The notes: generated by a model from the letters alone, not told the origin. Numbered from the stretch's first letter, positions 27,231-37,807 are shown. The stretch: 64,000 nt of DNA from Candidatus Latescibacterota bacterium (GCA_965203175.1 OZ241867.1:64001-128000), one strand, 5' to 3'. Program-made: numbers and translations.

Positions 27231-29750
27231 TTAGTACACGCTAGCGACGAGTTTGGTGATCGTCGTTTGCTCGCCTTCGGCATCGACCTCCACGCCGACC
27301 CGGCACAGGTACAGGCCCGGCGGCGTCAGGCGGCCCTGATCATCCCGTCCATCCCAAGTCAAACGCTGCACTCCAGCGACGTGTGCCACCACTGGAGCCA
27401 TCTGCCGTACGCGCTGGCCGTCTAAGCCATACACCTCTAGCACCAACGCTTTGGCACCCTGTATTGCGAACACCGGAAACACCAATTCCACTACGTCGTT
27501 GATCCCGTCTCCATTGGGCGTAAACGGATTCGACGACGCGGCCACCTCGCCCAACAGCCCGCCGCTAAATGGGGTCAACACCTGCAAACTGCGGCCGGCA
27601 CCGGCATCCACCCGCTGCCACACCCGCTCATCGCCTTCGCCCAACCCCACTTGGACTGTAAAAGCATTGCTCGCAAGGTAGAGCACACCCGAAAATTGCA
27701 GCGCCACGAACCCCTCTCCCTCCGCCACGGGCGCGGGTAGCTGCACCCACAGCGAATCGGTTCCAGTCTTCACCCGCGTCACTTCTTCCGGCCCGTAGCG
27801 CACGCGCTCCGCGCCCACAACCACTTCCTCCAGGTCGACCGCTGCCCCCGACGGCAACACCACTAGTACCTGGTCGAAGCCGCGATTGTCGGCTTGGAAC
27901 TGCGGCTGCAAAGACAGCGTAAAGGTCGTGCGCTCCCCGCGCTGCTGCGTCTGCCGCGGCTGTACCTCGCCTATAACTTGGCTGGCCAAGGGCCAATCCA
28001 ACGCGATGTGCATCCCGCGCAACAGCGTCCCTTGGCCGGGATCGTCCGAGCGCAGCGTGGCCTCTACTATGGCGTAGCGGCGCGGGCTTGGCGAGGAGAT
28101 CGGCGCGCCCGTGGCCGTATAGTACGGACTCCAAGAGCTCCAGTCGGCACCGGGAACCACCGATATAGTCGAATCGCCCCGCTGAAAGCTGAGCAGCTTG
28201 CGATATTTGGCCTCAGTCACCTCTTTCCCGGCCTTGGTGAAGTAGTGGATTTCCTCGTCGAGCTGGTTGCCAGTGCGCGTGCGAAATTGCACTTGAGTGC
28301 CCGGAGGAGTGTCGGCGGCCCAATGGACGGAAGACAAAATGCGCGGATCGCTGCCCAGCTCCATAGGTGCCGATTGGAGCGTTACTTGCGGCAGGAAACC
28401 GCGGCCGTAGAGCTGGAGCTCGCGGATGCCGGAGTTGGCCCAATTCGGGACGATGAGCACGCGGTAATCCATCTTGAAGTAGCGCGCCCTAGTCAGCGGA
28501 AAGGCATTGTCCTGATAAAAAATGTGGGGGAACAGCCCACTGAAGCGGCCCGGCTCTACTTCGGCGGTTTCTCGCGTGGTCAGCGCAACATAGGCCAAGC
28601 TGCCGTCTGGGTTGCGCTGGCCATTCGAGAGGTTGATGACGTAGTTGGGGAACGCGCCAGTAAAGCCGTGGGCGATGTTTTCGCGATCAAAGCCGATGAC
28701 CACTCGGCTGATCCAAAACCAAGTCCCCAAGTCGAAGAGGAGTTCGCGGTCGAACTCCACGTCGATGTGCTCGACGCCGCTGACGCCCACTTGCTCGGTC
28801 CACACGGTCTTGTAGTCGCCGTCAATGGCCAAGCGCTCCGTCCCGGTGTTGCTCGTGCCCCCGATCAACCCGCCCCGGCTCAGCGAGCCCAAACTGATGT
28901 TGTCGCCCTCGGTCCACACCTCCACCTCGGCCAGCCGCGGCCGCTCCCGTCGATAGTACTTAATCGGGCCAGCGCGCGACTCGCTCAGTGCTGCGTGCTG
29001 GTCTTGGTCGATCTGCCGCAAAACGCCCGAGGACTCGCGCAAGAAGTAGATCACATCGCCGCGCTCTTCCTCTGGCAAGCTGTTCCAGCGGGTCTCGCTG
29101 ACTTCGTGCCCCTGGCCGTGCGCGCTGGCCGTGGCCACGATCTGGACGAACTGGAACATGTCGCCGACAAAATCCGCGTCCGCTTCCTGCGAGGGCTTCA
29201 GATCAAACTCAAAGACGCGCTGGGTTTTGTTCAATCCTTCGCTGCGGCCAGCCTGCGCAAAGCGGATCGCCTTGCTCTGGGAGAAAGCCGGGAGGCCGTT
29301 GGATGTGAGAACCTTAAACTGCAAGAAAGGATCGCCCATGCCTTCCGGCGCGAATTTCACCACGATCTTGCGCGCCCACACCAAGCGGCCCAAATCGACC
29401 TCGACCCACCAATCGCGGAGAGGCGCGTCCACGTCCGGCTCCCAGAAGGTATCCTCTTGGCCGTCTATGAGATTCGCGGCCTCAGCCAAGTTAGTGCCCG
29501 CCGCCCGGATTCCGCCCTGTACGCCTTCGCCGGACACAAAGTTCGGGGCGTCTAGCACGGCGTTGATTTGCTCGCGGATGCGGTGCGGTCGCACCCCCTC
29601 CGGGCCTAATTGCACCGTGCCCGCGGCTATCTCCCATTCCGCCCAGTCGCCCTCGTCAACGGCGACCCGGTCCGCTTCGAGGCGGAATCCCTGGGGCCAC
29701 GCCGACTCGGCGACCAGCAGGGTGCAAGCAACGAGCCACAACCGAGTCAC
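27231..29750 (-). CDS. Secreted long-type discoidin-like/FlgD-Ig protein, ends in LVASVY
   Basis: GTG start at 29750 overlaps the upstream stop (GTGA); signal peptide; same architecture as 15496-17988. Confidence 0.75.
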   Translation of the reverse strand: MTRLWLVACTLLVAESAWPQGFRLEADRVAVDEGDWAEWEIAAGTVQLGPEGVRPHRIREQINAVLDAPNFVSGEGVQGGIRAAGTNLAEAANLIDGQEDTFWEPDVDAPLRDWWVEVDLGRLVWARKIVVKFAPEGMGDPFLQFKVLTSNGLPAFSQSKAIRFAQAGRSEGLNKTQRVFEFDLKPSQEADADFVGDMFQFVQIVATASAHGQGHEVSETRWNSLPEEERGDVIYFLRESSGVLRQIDQDQHAALSESRAGPIKYYRRERPRLAEVEVWTEGDNISLGSLSRGGLIGGTSNTGTERLAIDGDYKTVWTEQVGVSGVEHIDVEFDRELLFDLGTWFWISRVVIGFDRENIAHGFTGAFPNYVINLSNGQRNPDGSLAYVALTTRETAEVEPGRFSGLFPHIFYQDNAFPLTRARYFKMDYRVLIVPNWANSGIRELQLYGRGFLPQVTLQSAPMELGSDPRILSSVHWAADTPPGTQVQFRTRTGNQLDEEIHYFTKAGKEVTEAKYRKLLSFQRGDSTISVVPGADWSSWSPYYTATGAPISSPSPRRYAIVEATLRSDDPGQGTLLRGMHIALDWPLASQVIGEVQPRQTQQRGERTTFTLSLQPQFQADNRGFDQVLVVLPSGAAVDLEEVVVGAERVRYGPEEVTRVKTGTDSLWVQLPAPVAEGEGFVALQFSGVLYLASNAFTVQVGLGEGDERVWQRVDAGAGRSLQVLTPFSGGLLGEVAASSNPFTPNGDGINDVVELVFPVFAIQGAKALVLEVYGLDGQRVRQMAPVVAHVAGVQRLTWDGRDDQGRLTPPGLYLCRVGVEVDAEGEQTTITKLVASVY

Positions 29751-30457
29751 GCGACCTTCTCCTCCTCCACCTGCTGACACGCCGCGATAAATTCCTCGGC
29801 CGTGGTGGTATAACCGATCAGATGTTCAAAGTTGCGCAGCGTAATCCGGTTGATCCAACCGCCTTCCGGCAGGCTGTCGTCTAGCGTGTCTGGCATCTCG
29901 ATCGTACCGGGAGCATTTGAACAATCGCGCAACAGAATGACGCGGTAATTCCTCCCCACGGCTTCGGCGCAGGTGTAGTGCAAGCAGGCCCGCCGGCTGT
30001 AGCCAACCACGAACAGCGTCCTAATGCCATAGCTGCGCAAATGCTGGTCCAAAAAGGTGTCGTGAAAGCCGCTCCAGATCCACTTGGGGAAATTGCGCTC
30101 ACCCTCGCGGGGAGCCACGTAATCGAGGTACTCGGGTTTGTGTTCTTGTCGCGCCCAACTGGCAATGCCGTTGCCTCCGCCGCCCTTGGTCTTGCCCCAG
30201 ATCTCGCCTACGATGTTGCCGGGGTCGGCTACTAGGCGCAGGTCGTTGTGGACGTAGTTCACTAGCATCCCGCTGTCGCGCGCGGCTTGCAAAGCCGGCG
30301 CGATGAAGTTCTTAGTCGTTGGATTGGGCGAGCGCCCATCGACATCGACCAAGAGAAAGGCGCACTCGGCGAACTCTAGGGTCAGAGTCTCGTACCCGTA
30401 GTCGTACCCGCCGGGATAATCCTTGTAGTAGCGAATGGGAATTTGAATGTTGGCCAT
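29747..30457 (-). CDS. Isochorismatase-family cysteine hydrolase
   Basis: 'AFLLVDVD' (Asp), 'FPKWIWSGF' (Lys), 'LDQHLRSYGIRTLFVVG...AC..YT..EA..RNYRVILLRDC' (Cys). Confidence 0.82.
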   Translation of the reverse strand: MANIQIPIRYYKDYPGGYDYGYETLTLEFAECAFLLVDVDGRSPNPTTKNFIAPALQAARDSGMLVNYVHNDLRLVADPGNIVGEIWGKTKGGGGNGIASWARQEHKPEYLDYVAPREGERNFPKWIWSGFHDTFLDQHLRSYGIRTLFVVGYSRRACLHYTCAEAVGRNYRVILLRDCSNAPGTIEMPDTLDDSLPEGGWINRITLRNFEHLIGYTTTAEEFIAACQQVEEEKVA

Positions 30458-30470
30458 AGGGCCTCCTTTT

Positions 30471-32372
30471 TTAATAGACCACGGCGACGGTCCCCGCTAG
30501 CTGATCACCGCCTTTTTCCGACTCCACCGATATGCGATAAACGTACAGGCCCGGGGGCACTCGCTCGCCGTTCTCGTCCCGGCCATCCCAAGAAAAGCGC
30601 AGACCGCCGCTGTGCTGTTGCCCGTCGTGGATTACCCGCAGCGAGCGGCCGGACAAATCGAAGACCGCGAGGCGCAAGGGTACCTCTTGGGTTACCTGTA
30701 ACAGCTTGAAAGAGAAGTTAATCTGCTCGTTTATCCCATCGCCATTGGGGGTGACAATTTTCGGCTGCACTTCTATATCGTCCAGTAGGCGGCGGGAAAT
30801 TGAGGTGCGGACCGTGAGCACTTCACTCACTATTTCGCTGGCCGCATCGCCGCGATTGATAGGTTGCGCCAACTCCAAGGGACGCTGCGAGTCGCTCACC
30901 CAGCCGCGGAAAGTCGTGCCGTAGCGCAGCACGGGAGCGCGGAAGAACACCTCGATCACCCCGCCGGAATCCCCGGATGTGCGCGGGGGAAACAAGTCCA
31001 CTGAAAAGCGCAGCGAATCCGGCGCAATGTGCACGGCGAAGCTATCCAAGCCAGTGGCCTGGACCGAATCCACGCTAGCCACGCCAAAGGGCGCGTCGAT
31101 TTCCACTCCGTCAAAACCAGAGTGCTGCGCGCGGATGATGGGCTGAATGGCATACCTAAACGACGCGATCTCGCCCAGAGTAACCTCGGGGGGATATATT
31201 TCGCCCAGCACCTGCTCGGCGAGCGGCGGCTTGGTGGCCGAGAATTCGATGAACTCTAGCTCACCGCCCTCACTACCTACGGGCAAAAAATCGACCCGCA
31301 GTTGCAAGACCGAATTGGGACCGGGCGAGGCTATGGCAGTGCCGCTGCTGTCGGCGAACGCATAGGGCGACGACCAGAAGCTCCAGTTGTCAATGTCGTA
31401 GGTGATTTCGCCGGCCTCACCCGGTTTGAGAAAGAGGTAGTCCGTAGCGTCGAGGGGCTGTCCCTCTTCGTCGAGCGACGTCACCTCATCGCCCCGGCCG
31501 GTGAAGCGCCAATACACATTTGGATCGAGATCCTTCCCGGCCCGCGATTGGATCCAGACGCGGGCGCGAGGATCTTGGTGGCCGCGCCAGCGGATGTCAC
31601 CCCACACGGCCGGCTCGCCGAGGTCGATAAACGGGCTGACGTACGATGCTTGGTGCGCGTAGCCTACGCCATAGACTTCCACTTCGCCGATGTGCAGGGC
31701 CTTGGGCGACGCGCGGAGGAGCAACAGCCCCACGCTGCGGGCGAGAGCCGGGGGAAAGCTCACGTCTATGGTGTCCTGCACGTTTTCGGGTAGCTCAAAG
31801 ACGAGCTGGCCGCCGACGCGGGCAGCACCATACCCCGATACGGTGTCTTTCTTCTGCACGCCTAAGTCGGCGCTCACGTACAACCCATCGGGATACAGGC
31901 CACTCTCGGCGGCGACGACCCGCACCCTGTTCACAAAAAACAGGCCGCCGAGGTCCATGGTAACGCGCCGCGACTCCAGGTAGCGCTGGCCCGTGAACCG
32001 GCTCTGAATGCCTGCCACCCATTCCCAGAACGTCGTCGGATCGGCGTCGATCATGTTCTTGGACAGATCGGTGATGGAGTAGCTCGCTACCCCGCTCACC
32101 CGCACGTAAGGCCCCCCGTTCCGCTCCGGGCTAGTGAGGGCGATGTTGGTCTCCGGCGTCAAAAAGATCGGCCGTAGCATTCCCGCGGCGAGGGCCTCTG
32201 TGTCAAGGCTTTGCTCCTCCTCAAAGTCGCTCCAAGACAATTGATGGAAATTCACTCCGGCCTCACTCGGGCGGGGCAGGTCCTCGCCGCCGATGCGATA
32301 AATCTCCACGGCCCCGCCCCTTCCCAGCGCGAGCGCGGCGAGCGCGAAGGCTAATAGCGTCCTTTTTCTCAT
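30471..32372 (-). CDS. Secreted short-type discoidin-like/FlgD-Ig protein, ends in TVAVVY
   Basis: Signal peptide; 'MIDAD...W...MDLGG.F.VNRVR'; 'WSFWSSPY'; 'VTPNGDGINE...WDGRDENGERVPPGLY'. Confidence 0.75.
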   Translation of the reverse strand: MRKRTLLAFALAALALGRGGAVEIYRIGGEDLPRPSEAGVNFHQLSWSDFEEEQSLDTEALAAGMLRPIFLTPETNIALTSPERNGGPYVRVSGVASYSITDLSKNMIDADPTTFWEWVAGIQSRFTGQRYLESRRVTMDLGGLFFVNRVRVVAAESGLYPDGLYVSADLGVQKKDTVSGYGAARVGGQLVFELPENVQDTIDVSFPPALARSVGLLLLRASPKALHIGEVEVYGVGYAHQASYVSPFIDLGEPAVWGDIRWRGHQDPRARVWIQSRAGKDLDPNVYWRFTGRGDEVTSLDEEGQPLDATDYLFLKPGEAGEITYDIDNWSFWSSPYAFADSSGTAIASPGPNSVLQLRVDFLPVGSEGGELEFIEFSATKPPLAEQVLGEIYPPEVTLGEIASFRYAIQPIIRAQHSGFDGVEIDAPFGVASVDSVQATGLDSFAVHIAPDSLRFSVDLFPPRTSGDSGGVIEVFFRAPVLRYGTTFRGWVSDSQRPLELAQPINRGDAASEIVSEVLTVRTSISRRLLDDIEVQPKIVTPNGDGINEQINFSFKLLQVTQEVPLRLAVFDLSGRSLRVIHDGQQHSGGLRFSWDGRDENGERVPPGLYVYRISVESEKGGDQLAGTVAVVY

Positions 32373-32384
32373 GGCGTCCGCACC

Positions 32385-35081
32385 TTAGTCGAGCCCGGCA
32401 TAGACCGTCACAAATTGGGATGCGCCAGTAAAGGCGTCTTCTCCCTTGCGGTCGATGCGGCTGACTCGCAGGCCCATCTGGGTGGTCAAACTGTACCCGA
32501 GATACGCGCCTGTATTGGAGTACTGGATGGCGAGCACCGTCTCTCGGTAGTCTGGCGACAGACCCAAAGCCCGCACTTTTTCCGCGTCTTCGAGTTGGCT
32601 GAATATGGTGTACTCCAACCCGGCTCTCAGTTCGGAACTATTCAGGATCGCGACCTCGCCGATCAAGAACAAGAGCAGGGCGTTTTCCTTGCGCACGGGA
32701 TCGTTGCTCAGCAGCGGTGCTTCGCGGCGATGTTCGTTCTTGATCTTGGGGGCCAGCAGCACGCGGCCGACCTCGCGCCGGTACTCGGCCTTGTTGATTA
32801 GGCCGAAGAACTGGAAGTTTTCGCGCATGTCCGGCTGCACTTCGTTTTGGTGCCAGATGTCGTATTTCAGCTTGTTGGTGACAGTAAGACCGGGGATGCT
32901 GGTGTAATCGAAACTGGCAAATGCGGAATTGATATAGGTATTGGGCGCGGCCAAGGGGTCTTCTATCCGCTGCAACGCGCCCGGGGCACCGGTCGGCTGT
33001 ACCCACTGGACGACATTGTCGGCGATCTCGTCCTCGACCCGCTTGAACATGTCGAAGACGCGGACCCGACCTACGCCGGCGATGTCCTTGTCCCACGTAA
33101 CAATCCCGTACGCGGTTTGTTCGCGCTTCTTGGCCGAGAGCATGCGCTCCCGTTTGTAGCCGGCGGTCAGTCGCAACTCGGGCGTGAAGTGCATCCCGAC
33201 ATACGCATTGTAGCCGCGGCGATTGCGGTCGTATGGATAATCCGGGTCCTCGTCGTTTTCAAAGCGGTCGATCCAGAAGTTGTTGTTCATGTCCATGCCA
33301 AACAAAAACTCCGGGCGATCTACGTGGTAGCGCAGGAAAGGCTCCTCGTAGTCGGGGACGAAATTCGGCCGGAACTCGTTGTCATTTTGGTTGAAATCAG
33401 AGATGAAGTCGAGGTTTTCGTCCCAGCCGGGAAAAATCCGCAAATCCGGCCCGAACTGGTTGAGGCGCTGCCAGTCGGGGATGCGGTCCTGGTCGTCGTT
33501 GTCGTCAACCCACTCGTAATAATTGGTCGTTGGATCGGTGTAGTCGATGTCGCCCGAGGGCGAGGCAATCAGGCTAGTGGTGCCGTAGTTGTAATCCATG
33601 CTATAGGTCTCGGCAAAGAGGAAATAGGGATAGCTCTTCTTTGACAAATTGACCATATAGGCATTGGCTTGGTCCGCAGCCGTGTGGTGGGTCGAAAACG
33701 CGCGGTTCGGGTATTTGCGATAGTGCCGACTGCGGTCGAATTCCGCGTACAGATCAAAACCCAGCACTTCCTGCACCTCCAAGGTAAACCCGTAGATGTC
33801 GTTGCCCGTAGGCAAGCCGTAGTCGAGGCGCAACAACCCCAAGTTGGAGCCATCCTGGACGTTGCCAGCCGCCCGCTTCACCGTCAGAAAAACGGGCTGG
33901 CCTTCGGGTATGTTGAGCTGGCGATCCGAGCTCATCTCGATGTGGTAGTCGTTGGCCACCACCAACTCGATCTGCGCGCGGCGAATGGTGGAAAGCTCCG
34001 GGCCGGTGTACGACGGAGAGCGGAAGTCGTAGGTCATTTCGATGCGCTCGGCGCCATCGGCCGCGAGGAATCCGAGGCGTTGCAAGCCGCCATCGATGAT
34101 CGGCTCAAAGCCGATTTGGCTGCCCCGCACCGTCTCTTTCTCGACCTCGACGACGCGCTCGCCTGCTTCTGTTTCGCGCGCCACCTCAGTCTCGGATTCA
34201 ATGATAATGTCCCACGAAAAGAGGGCTGCCCCGCCCTCGCGGTCTTCGGGCGAATCATCGCTCAGGCGAATGAAGATCTGCCCGACGTGCTCTAGATTTT
34301 GCCCAACCGTCAACGAGCCGGTCCACGGGTTGCCCTCAAAGCTCTCCAACAGGGTTTGCGAGTTGTGGGCGTTGATATAGAGGCCGCCTACCTCGACAAA
34401 GTCGCCGATCTGCGTCGTGCCGTAGAAGCCCAACAGATTGGTACTATTGGTGGTTTCAACAGATACGTTCCGCGCCAGTCCCGGAGAGCTAATCCGCGAC
34501 ATCAAGACGGTCAGGCTGTACTTGTCGGACTGAAAGTCGGCCTGTATGCCGTCGAAGGCCGGCTTGGAGAACGTCATCGGCGTCAGCGTGGTGCGGATCC
34601 TGCTACCGATCGTCAGGGCCAAGTTGTTTTGCCCCTTTTGGTCGGAAGCAATGACGAGCTGGTTGAACCACGCGCTGAACCTAGAGGTCTTAAAGATCGT
34701 GCTACCAAACTGCTGGGGCTGATTCTGGCTCCAGTCGTAGATGAGCCAGCCGCGATTGATAAAAGACCCATAGAGGTCGTAAAAATAATCGCCCTCTATG
34801 TCGCTGGAGACGTAGCGCTGGTACAGGTCGCGGGCGTAGTTGGTGTATTCCCATTGCTTCCAGCCGTAGAACTGATATAGCTCTTGGGGCGCGTACCAAC
34901 GCCGCACGGCCGGATCTAAGGCGTCGAAAAGCACTCCCGGCCCGATGGGTTCATACGTGACCTCGCCGCCCCGCTGCACGCCCAACCTACTGCCGTAATC
35001 TTCCCTTCCCTGCGCGCCAATATCGCCGCCCGTCGCCGCGACAATCAGGGCTATGAGTAAAAGCAAATTCCGTCTGGCCAC
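32385..35081 (-). CDS. Large (~900 aa) secreted Asp-rich protein, putative outer-membrane beta-barrel (family X copy 1)
   Basis: GTG at 35081 with AAAGGA RBS; signal peptide; amphipathic-strand-like segments; Asp-rich motifs 'VDDNDDQDRIPDW', 'DENLDFISDFNQN', 'GMDMNNNFWIDRFE'. Paralog of 53664-56303. Confidence 0.65.
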   Translation of the reverse strand: MARRNLLLLIALIVAATGGDIGAQGREDYGSRLGVQRGGEVTYEPIGPGVLFDALDPAVRRWYAPQELYQFYGWKQWEYTNYARDLYQRYVSSDIEGDYFYDLYGSFINRGWLIYDWSQNQPQQFGSTIFKTSRFSAWFNQLVIASDQKGQNNLALTIGSRIRTTLTPMTFSKPAFDGIQADFQSDKYSLTVLMSRISSPGLARNVSVETTNSTNLLGFYGTTQIGDFVEVGGLYINAHNSQTLLESFEGNPWTGSLTVGQNLEHVGQIFIRLSDDSPEDREGGAALFSWDIIIESETEVARETEAGERVVEVEKETVRGSQIGFEPIIDGGLQRLGFLAADGAERIEMTYDFRSPSYTGPELSTIRRAQIELVVANDYHIEMSSDRQLNIPEGQPVFLTVKRAAGNVQDGSNLGLLRLDYGLPTGNDIYGFTLEVQEVLGFDLYAEFDRSRHYRKYPNRAFSTHHTAADQANAYMVNLSKKSYPYFLFAETYSMDYNYGTTSLIASPSGDIDYTDPTTNYYEWVDDNDDQDRIPDWQRLNQFGPDLRIFPGWDENLDFISDFNQNDNEFRPNFVPDYEEPFLRYHVDRPEFLFGMDMNNNFWIDRFENDEDPDYPYDRNRRGYNAYVGMHFTPELRLTAGYKRERMLSAKKREQTAYGIVTWDKDIAGVGRVRVFDMFKRVEDEIADNVVQWVQPTGAPGALQRIEDPLAAPNTYINSAFASFDYTSIPGLTVTNKLKYDIWHQNEVQPDMRENFQFFGLINKAEYRREVGRVLLAPKIKNEHRREAPLLSNDPVRKENALLLFLIGEVAILNSSELRAGLEYTIFSQLEDAEKVRALGLSPDYRETVLAIQYSNTGAYLGYSLTTQMGLRVSRIDRKGEDAFTGASQFVTVYAGLD

Positions 35082-35109
35082 TGTGCGTCGTCCTTTGTTT
35101 TTTCCCGCG

Positions 35110-36834
35110 TCAATAGGCAATGGTCACCACGCTGCTACTGCGCTCGGTGCCGTTGTCGGTCTCCACTTCGACTTGCAAGATGTAAACCCCTGGCAGCAAT
35201 AGCCCGCCCTGTGCATCTCGGCCATCCCAAGGGTGCAGGAACCGCCCGCTCCCGCTGCCAGCGGCCGGCAGCTCTGCGATCTGATTGCGCGCCAAGTCGT
35301 AGATCCGCAGCGCAACCGGTGCTTGGCCCGTCAGATAGAGCAAATCGTAGGTAATCGTCGTGTAATCGTTGATTCCGTCGCCGTTGGGCGTGAACACTGC
35401 CGGCATTGCGGACACCTGATACACCAAGCGCTGGCCCTTCAAGGGCACTCGCACGCTCAGGTCGTCCCCCGCAAAGCGGGGAGCTGCGTTGCCGCTCTCG
35501 ATCACTTGGGGTATCGCGCCTTCTCTCGTGGTGTCGAGCAAGCGTCCGGTAAACACGGTCTCATAGCGCAGCACAGCCGTGTCGAAAACCACTTGCAGGG
35601 CGCGATTGCCGGTCTGGCGCGCAAAGCTAACTCGCAGCCCCTTGGCCCCTAACTCCTCGCTGAACTCGATCTCTTGGTCATCTACGCGCAATTCGCGCAG
35701 GGCGCGGACCGGAGCCGGGGTGTCGATTTCCAAGCGGTCGAATCCCTCGGCGTCCGTCACTTCGATGGTATAGACGAAACTCGTATCCACGCCTACGGGA
35801 ACCTCCTGTGGCCATATCTCGCCGACAATCGCCTGCGCCAAGGCCGGGCGAAAGACCTCAAAAGCGAGTGAGTCGACGGCAATGCCATCTTCGAGTCCAT
35901 CGCTCTCAAACGCCATGCTGAACTGGAAATAGCGGCGCGGTGCCGGCGAGAGGATCGGATCGCCGCTGTTCCGATAGGGCGTGGACCAAGGGCTCCAGCT
36001 ATCGGGCTCGTCGTCCGGGGAGGGACTGCTGCCGCTGCGCGTGCGCACGATGAGCCGCGACCGCTGTGGCAAGCCCACTTGCTCGGTGGCCCATTGCAGC
36101 CGGCCCCACAGTGCATCCTGCTCCATGTCGAAGACCTCGGACAGGTAATCCGCCTCGGGCACAAACCCGCTGCCAAAAATTTCCAGTTCGTCGATTTCCC
36201 AGTTGAACCGCTGCGTGGATTCCAAGCGGAGATAGCGCACGTATTGCAGGGGGAATCGCACGTCGATGGTATCGCGGCTATTGCTGCCGTCTTGGGCCAT
36301 GACCGTTACCAAGGTCTTGTCCGGCAGCTTATCGACTGAGGCGGCTATGATGTCTGCGCCGAATGCGCCGTCGTTGATGGAGAGCACATAGCCTTTCATA
36401 AAGTCGCTCTTGAAGGCTTGGCGGGGGAAGAAGCGAATGTGATTGACGCCAAACCGAGCGCCTAAATCGACGACTAGGAGGATTCCGGTGGCCACCACGT
36501 CCTTGGCTTCAAAAGCCGTGTTTGGATCGCCATCCACCATGCTGTGCAGGCGTTCTTTGAGCACATCTGAGGTCAAGCGCAAAACGGCTTGGGCATTGGG
36601 CGAAGTTACCCGGCCGCCGCGCTCGAGAAGCCCTGCGGAAATATTGGTGTTTTCCTCCACGCTGCGGGGTTGAATCCAGCCCGCGCGGGTGCTGAAATCG
36701 ATGACCGGTGCGACTGCGGCTGCCTCCTGCCAAGTTGTGCCGCTGCCGTCGCCTCCGACTACGATGTTTTCCGTCGCCAAGGCTGCCGCAGCGAGCAGCC
36801 CCACTAACGCCAAGGCATTGCACTGTCTGCTCAT
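35110..36834 (-). CDS. Secreted short-type discoidin-like/FlgD-Ig protein, ends in VVTIAY
   Basis: Start reassigned to MSRQCNALAL (GAGG RBS; the ORF-track extension spans a terminator). Motifs 'MVDGD...VDLGARFGVNHIRFFPR', 'WSPWSTPY', 'FTPNGDGIND...WDGRD'. Confidence 0.75.
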   Translation of the reverse strand: MSRQCNALALVGLLAAAALATENIVVGGDGSGTTWQEAAAVAPVIDFSTRAGWIQPRSVEENTNISAGLLERGGRVTSPNAQAVLRLTSDVLKERLHSMVDGDPNTAFEAKDVVATGILLVVDLGARFGVNHIRFFPRQAFKSDFMKGYVLSINDGAFGADIIAASVDKLPDKTLVTVMAQDGSNSRDTIDVRFPLQYVRYLRLESTQRFNWEIDELEIFGSGFVPEADYLSEVFDMEQDALWGRLQWATEQVGLPQRSRLIVRTRSGSSPSPDDEPDSWSPWSTPYRNSGDPILSPAPRRYFQFSMAFESDGLEDGIAVDSLAFEVFRPALAQAIVGEIWPQEVPVGVDTSFVYTIEVTDAEGFDRLEIDTPAPVRALRELRVDDQEIEFSEELGAKGLRVSFARQTGNRALQVVFDTAVLRYETVFTGRLLDTTREGAIPQVIESGNAAPRFAGDDLSVRVPLKGQRLVYQVSAMPAVFTPNGDGINDYTTITYDLLYLTGQAPVALRIYDLARNQIAELPAAGSGSGRFLHPWDGRDAQGGLLLPGVYILQVEVETDNGTERSSSVVTIAY

Positions 36835-36853
36835 ATCGCCTCTTGGGAGATAT

Positions 36854-36893
36854 AAAAAAACCGCCATGCCAGGTCGGAAGCCCGGCATGGCGG
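36854..36893 (-). terminator. Intrinsic terminator/attenuator after the CBM9-like gene
   Basis: Minus strand reads CCGCCATGCCGGG-CTTCCGA-CCTGGCATGGCGG followed by TTTTTTT. Confidence 0.85.
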
Positions 36894-36922
36894 CATTCAA
36901 TCTACGCGCCTAAAGCAACTAA

Positions 36923-37807
36923 CTACTCGGCAAACGTGGATTTGAGTCGGCCCCAGCCCACTGCCTCTACGGCCGTGGGTTCGGCCGTGGCTTGGGAAGC
37001 CCAATCGATATCCGGATCAATGGGAGCCAGCAGAAAGTCGGAGAGCAAATCGCCCTGGAAATAGCTATCCGTGGCCCCGCTTAGAGTCCAGTAGCCCTCA
37101 TAGCCGCCGATCTCCAGATCGTCGTCGTCGATGATCGTGAAGTGGAAGCCCGTGATATTGCCCTCGACCAAGGAGCCGATGGTGCTCTGGTCGATCCCGT
37201 TCCAGTTCAGGTTGTCGAAGGGGGTCAGCATGTACTCGGCCCGGAAGAAGCCCTCTCCACCTTCATCGGCGGTCTGGGAGTTAGCGAACTGCCCATAGGG
37301 CGGCTCAGTAATCCACTGGGCTTTGCCCCAGTGGTTGAGGCCCTGGCCACCTTGGTTGAACCCATAGTTCTGGGCGTGGGCTCCGTGCAGCAGATCCTTC
37401 TGATCTTGGTCTTCCACGTCGGGCCACACGTTGAACATGCCGCCGCTGTGGTCCGCGTCGAAAACCATCTCCATAGGCTCCCAGCCGGTGACGACCCAGA
37501 TGGCGTCGTCGAACCGATCCTCCATGACGTAGAGCTTGTTGGTATTGGGGTTCCAGCCGACGATGGCCCGCAGCGCTAGGTCGGTGGCGTCCCACGCGGT
37601 GCCTACGCCTCTCACGGTCTCGGTTAGCTGCTCGTGGTTGATCCAGTAGGCATCGGGAATGACGTCCCACTCGACGAGGTTGCCGTCAACAGTGGGAATG
37701 TTAGCGTCGGGGAATTGCACGGCTACAAATACCACATCTACGGGCAGGTGTGCCCAGCCGGGGGTGACCCCGAGCGAGACAGCGAAAATCAGAGCAAGTT
37801 TTTTCAT
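36923..37807 (-). CDS. Secreted DOMON/CBM9-like sugar-binding protein with C-terminal 'TAVEAVGWGRLK' motif
   Basis: Signal peptide ending AH; 'PTVDGNLVEW', 'FDADHSGG', 'EYMLTPFD', 'FHFTIIDDD'. Confidence 0.65.
   Translation of the reverse strand: MKKLALIFAVSLGVTPGWAHLPVDVVFVAVQFPDANIPTVDGNLVEWDVIPDAYWINHEQLTETVRGVGTAWDATDLALRAIVGWNPNTNKLYVMEDRFDDAIWVVTGWEPMEMVFDADHSGGMFNVWPDVEDQDQKDLLHGAHAQNYGFNQGGQGLNHWGKAQWITEPPYGQFANSQTADEGGEGFFRAEYMLTPFDNLNWNGIDQSTIGSLVEGNITGFHFTIIDDDDLEIGGYEGYWTLSGATDSYFQGDLLSDFLLAPIDPDIDWASQATAEPTAVEAVGWGRLKSTFAE

Noticed and set aside
27894-29555. 553-aa plus-strand ORF and many other antisense ORFs
   Set aside because: They are shadows of well-supported opposite-strand genes in GC-rich DNA and carry no family motifs.
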